Below, in pieces: positions 45,791-64,000 of a DNA stretch of 64,000 bases. This stretch comes from Harriotta raleighana (taxonomy: Eukaryota). Below the pieces are notes generated by a model, which was not told the origin of the DNA, searched no databases, and saw only the letters and a list, made by a program, of their open reading frames with translations. The number at the start of each line of letters is the position of its first letter. Positions within the stretch are counted from its first letter, which is position 1. Where the stretch lies: contig JBNZDD010013683.1 in the NCBI GenBank assembly GCA_050575255.1, positions 124,001-188,000 of the forward strand. The letters run 5' to 3'. The translations under genes and the position numbers were made by a program.

Positions 45791-48700
45791 NNNNCCCCCC
45801 CCCCCCCACCCAAACACACATTCGGAGCGGTTCTGACAATCCCTGAATGTGTCACAAAATTATGGCAATGAGCTGAAGTTTGAGATATGGAATTTGATAC
45901 CCATTGAATCCTGAATTTAGAAACTGAAGTTTGAAGCTGCTGAACCAAACAAACGCAAATTACGTTGGTTTTTTCTTTTTAAATGGATGGATACATCAAA
46001 TCAAATGCTTTTTTAAAAAAATGATAAAAACCATACTGGAACCTTGCCCTAAATGAGACTTCGTGGTGCCCTCCCTGCCTTCTATTTTGGTCAGATGGCC
46101 CTTTTGAATGTAATTGCATTGCCACTTAGGAATGACATAGTGTTAACGCCTATTTTGGGAGCATATGTCATGTTTTTATATTTAATTACAGATTGTTATT
46201 TGCAACCAAATCATTTTCAGTGCAGTAAGTTTCAGCCTTTGGTTAGAGTGTGTGTGAAGCAGATGCTTAGAGCAATACATTGAAAAACACAAACCAGAAT
46301 GTCTTACAGTGGAGCCAGACATTTATAGTTTGGTGATTTATTACTGGGGAGGAACATTAAGGATTCTCAGCAAGGAGGAAATCTGACTTTACAGTGGAAG
46401 GGAAGTTTATTTGAAGGAATGGAAAGTAAAATGTAGGATAAATTTAATGCCACTCCACATTCCATTAAAAATGGGTCTGCAGGCTTTCTCGGTATAGCAA
46501 CCACACCCTTCTGGAGAGTAGTTCACTGGGGAATATTAAAACCACATGTGTGTATGTGGACAGTGGTAAGTGGGTTTGCTGGTACAATGATAAAGCTTCA
46601 TGAGTTCTGCCCCCATCTCCTGCATGGTTTGCCTCATAACTTGCTGGGTGGAGAGGGGGGGAAAGAGAGAAGGCTGAAAAAATCCAAAACTGCCCTGCTA
46701 CAACCAACACAGAAACATTACGAAGTAGACATTTTTGTATTTTAAAAAGCTTATAAGTACTTGCGCTTGTGTAATTTACAGAACACCTTAAAAGTACTTA
46801 ATAGGTTAAATGGCAAATTTATTACAATTGTGTGGGTCATTCATAACTTTATTTCACAAATAATTCCGATATAGTGCTGCTGCCAGTAAGTGTCCTCTGG
46901 TCTATACAAACAGCAGCCGCTTCATGTATGTTCAAACATATTTGTTGGATTGAATTTGTGGGCAACTTTAGAGCTTTTTACTCCGCTTTCTGCATATGAA
47001 CATTTATGCAGCTTTTATTTTGATATTGAGATGGAGTTGTTATTGTTGTTTTGTTTGATCTAACCAGGCTGTGTACACATTCCAAACAATCAAATCATTT
47101 TCCACAATTAAACTAATTACATGCATGAAAATAAATTCAGATCCCACTACCAAATCTCTACACAATAGAACTGAACTAGAACTATTTCATATCCGTTATT
47201 GTTCATTATTTACAAACTGCACAGCTCTATCCAACACATTTGTTTTGCTGTAGGCATACTCAAATCAGGAGGGTGGGAGGGGAACGAGGGAAAAAACAGC
47301 AAAATGCCTGCAATAATTTACAGAAGTAAATAGTAATGGACCTCCTACAGAAAATGAACTGCCAACAATAGAATGTCTGGAAGGAGGGAAGTGGCTTTTC
47401 TTGAGCAAGTGAGCGCGGAGCGATGGCTATACCGTGACAGACGACAGGGTTACAGACAGACCGGTTTCCAAAAGAAAGGACACCTTCTGTAAAAGCTCTT
47501 CACTCATCGGATTCACTGACTATTTTGGGAGGAATTGTTTTTTTTCCCATAATGCTAAAAAGTTTATAATGATGTAGAGTTACCTTATTCTGTATCCCCT
47601 CCCCCCTGTGCTGCTAATGAACTGAGCTGAAGTGGGACAGATAGACTCAGTCACTCCTCAATTTGGCTCCATTCCTTGAAATTAAACTCGCTTCAACTCT
47701 GTGCATCCCCCGTTCTGTTTTGCTTGACATTTCAGTAACTTTTTGATTTGTCCAAGACATTCCTAGAAAAGAAACTCGAAGGTCCACTCCATCTACAAAT
47801 CTAAGTGAACATCATTGCGAATCCAGTAATCCCCTAATTAAAATTGATGTGCATTTGAAAACATTGGTTTGTGCTGAAATAAGCCCAAATAACAGTACAC
47901 TTTATAAAGTGGGGCACTTGTACCAGGCAACATAAATATATCTCGAGACCTAGTTGTGAACTTGTGTTTCCTGGGTACCATCTTGACAACACAATACAAA
48001 ACTGGAACTAATTAGCTTCCAGCACCCAGCTTCCATTACAGCATCTGTTTGTACTCGCACTTCGCAGTATAGCTCTCTTATAGGATAACATACCGCACAC
48101 ACTTGCCCCTACTCGCATTCTTGACACTTACTGAAACTAACCCAATGTGCCTCAACTACGATCTCCAGACAACAGGCCCGCATTGCTCAATCACAATCCA
48201 TCTAAAACTAAACTGGAGGATTACCAGTGGTTCTCTATCCCATAGAGACTCCATGGGCTTGACAATTATCTTCCTCTGATGCATATCCAAAACTATCTCT
48301 GCAACCCTGCCTCTTTCTGTGCCCGGAATTCCCACATCTCTGTTTCCGTTAGCTGTGCTTGACCCCTGCAATGCTGGTATACGGTATGAACGGCAGACCT
48401 AATGAGGTAGTTATTGTACCAGTTACTGTCTTCGCTTGATGGTAAATGTATCGTGATCGGCAGTTCATAAAGGAAAATCTCATTCCAATTGCACCCAGAG
48501 ACTGGGAAATTTACAGACTAGCAGAGAATATAGCCCCAAATGTTTCCAATTTCAGATTGTTGACAATGCTGTGCCAATCCTGCATCCTTCAAGAGTCAGA
48601 TTGTGACAATGGCATTCTTTGACAGGTTACTTACAAAAATACTGTAGTCTGAGCTGCTCCAAACACCAAAAGCCACTGCTTTCTGACTTCCACCAGTGAA

Positions 48701-49625
48701 AATGAATGAACCAAAGCTAAGAGAGGGTGATTTACTGCTTTTTTTTAAAATATAAGATTTTGAGCTTGCAACCATGGAACTGTACCTTGGCTGAGTCTCG
48801 GATGCTTCCCTGCGTGAGAGGCACTATATAAATGCAAGATGTTGTTGTTGGGAGTTTGGGAGGTAGTTTGATGGAAAGATTTGCAGTTGTATAAACTAAA
48901 ATGAGTTATTTTGTTTAAAAAAAGGCGCACTCTCACCATCCTCCGGAAGTAGGAATCACAGTGAAAATATATACGTTTTCATTCCACTTTTCCTATTCAG
49001 TTATTTGGCAACAGAGCACTTTATCTGTGGCATGTCGTTTGTGACGTTTTCCTTGTGATAATTAATGTCAGGAATTCCACATAATGTCTTAGATTCTGAC
49101 ATCAGCAGAAAAACTCCTGAATTGAACAATCTAAAAGAGGTTGTTTTAGTGCTTTTTTTTTTTTTCAGTGTCCTGGATCTGATATTCTGGTGGATGGACT
49201 TAATTATGATGTNTTTTGCAGTGTCCTGGATCTGATATTCTGGTGGATGGACTTAATTATGATGTGCTCGGAGCCAGCAGCAAGTTCAGTTTTGAAGTGG
49301 CCCCCTCATACTGAACTCCAGGGTTTGTCTGATTCCTGAAAATATAAAGTGGTCCCAGCGCTCTTCCTTCAAACAAAGGAATCCCACTGTTGGAGCCCAG
49401 AAACATAAGGTCACCTCAGGGGTGCATTAAGTTGTCTTAAAGGGGAAATCCCAGCTTGTCAATGCACTTGCCACAGAAATACCTCACTCTGCCTCCCATC
49501 AAAGTCGTTTTCAAATCAATCTTCCAGAACATTGCCATCCCCTGCATTAAATTGGCAGCCTTAACAAAACATGTTTTTTTTTTAAAAAAACTTGGCTGCT
49601 TTTAACTACTGTTTCTACACATCCT

Positions 49626-49657
<32 letters not shown>

Positions 49658-51094
49658 CACACATACATATACACACACACATACTGAAGGCGCTTCACAT
49701 AAATTACTGACTTTTTTAAAAAAACAACAATATATTTGTGTCGTTTCGCATTGAGATAACGCGAGTGTGCCTGGTATGTGCTGAGCTGTTGTCACCTCCT
49801 CCTCACTGCAAACTGACCAACACCCAAAGATTTTCTTGGGAAGGGCAGGATATCACTGCCATCACATTGGGCCACATGATTTCCAGTTTGCGATCGTTCT
49901 TGTTTTTGTTCATTGAACAAACGCACCCTCCTCCTCTCCACACCTCGAGTTATCAGTTGGCTGTGCCCATCCACACAATTCTCAATCCCTTGAGTGGCGA
50001 TTGTCAGTTGCGGGGAATGCTTTGCAATGCACTGAATCAAAGCAGCCAGCTTCCACCACCATCATCCCTTATCATTATGTACTTACTAATATCGTCACTG
50101 TGGGCGAAAAACAACAATTAATCTAAGTGCAGTCAAATGCCTTTGATCCAGCCTAAATCTTACCTGTGTGTTGAGAGTTATTACATTTGACCCTTTTTTT
50201 TAACATTGATTATTGCATGTTTGTGATGTGAGGGCGAGGAGTGGTAAGGAGAGAGGGGGGGTGATCTTACAGGCTACATGTATCTCTGTACATCAGTACA
50301 ATTTTAACTTCCTAAAAAGTTCTACTGAAACAGTTTCATTTTACGTCACTAATAATGGGTTTGCACCTTTTTTTTTTAAAAACCCCTTCCCGCCCCCACC
50401 CAACAAAACAATGAATTGATTTATCTGCGAGGCTATTGACACCTGTGCGTTCTATCTGTCAGTTCAAGTGGAGGATAAAGATCCCAGGACACTATTTGCA
50501 CTCCTGGTGCTCTGGCCAGTAGTCATCAAGATAAACTGGTCGTTCAACTCGTGACTGTGTGTGGGACCCTTTCAGTGCAAAATAGCTGCCACGTTTGTCT
50601 TCAAAATAAACATCTCCTTGTCTCCTTTATGCAACACGTACGTACAGCTTTACGAACACCACAATGTAGGTATGAAAACGTTACACCTTTGGGAGCCCCG
50701 GAAAGCCTGTAAATATATAGAGGAAGATTTCATCTAATTTCAGTCGCCAGGGAGTTTGCATTGCTCCTGTCCTTTGTCAGCAGCACTTTAGGTAAGAAGG
50801 GAAATGGCCCCTGCCATCAAACGCATCAACACTCAATGTGGGGGAGGGAGCGAAGGGGAAAGCAAATTCATCAAGTGCGCATTTCTGATAGCCTCCCGAG
50901 TTGTCTAACCTCAAGTTCCATTCCGGCCATGATTCCCAGGCTAGATATTTACCACGGATACCATAGTCACCTCCGTCTCGGTTAAAGTTACCAACAGCAT
51001 CAAACAACAACCAGATAGGAAATGTAATGGGGAGAAGTGGGTGTTCGTTAGCACTGTACACAAAGCTGGCCCCACTTCGGTTTGTGCTCTGCTT

Positions 51095-63830
<12,736 letters not shown>

Positions 63831-64000
63831 CTGCGCAGGCAACAAAACCAAACCACTGCAGGACAATTCACATCCATTTGATTTGCAGCAAATATGGAAT
63901 TTATTTTGCCCGCAGAACTCAAAACTTTACAGTCTATTCTGTGCGGCACTTTGAGGCGTCTCAAGTACGTGATAAGGCCGCTATATCAAATGCAAGGATT

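Noticed and set aside
45746-45807. Long poly-C tracts here and at 58624-58693 as functional elements
   Set aside because: Each abuts Ns, so the true length is unknown; no independent sign of function
49167-49264. Short tandem duplication
   Set aside because: Junction contains n (49213); assembly overlap

Overview
This is vertebrate genomic DNA, not prokaryotic. The repeat content (tRNA-headed DeuSINE-like SINEs, L2/CR1 tails) suggests a cartilaginous fish, possibly elephant shark; that is an inference. The window holds three spliced genes in the human 11p13 order. (1) The 3' end of CAPRIN1 (+), with two alternative C-termini: intron read-through GNAQVMRS*, and a distal exon at 12384-12463. 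(2) A complete NAT10 RNA cytidine acetyltransferase gene (+): CpG-island promoter and non-coding exon 1 near 19.1-19.4 kb, then 28 coding exons at 20898-43583, about 1022 aa. (3) The last 15 coding exons of ABTB2 (-), convergent with NAT10. Two apparent NAT10 duplications (16159-18454 and 36381-37542) and several small ones sit at N junctions and look like assembly or haplotype artefacts. The most unusual signal is in NAT10 intron 14 (27702-28392), a U12-type (minor spliceosome) intron. It carries the fossil of an old intragenic duplication that kept a second, consensus-perfect U12 branch point and AG leading straight to a stop codon. This is a candidate poison 3' splice site. Most ORFs in the supplied track are exon read-throughs or noise. 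All alignments were done by eye, and comparisons to human proteins are from memory.
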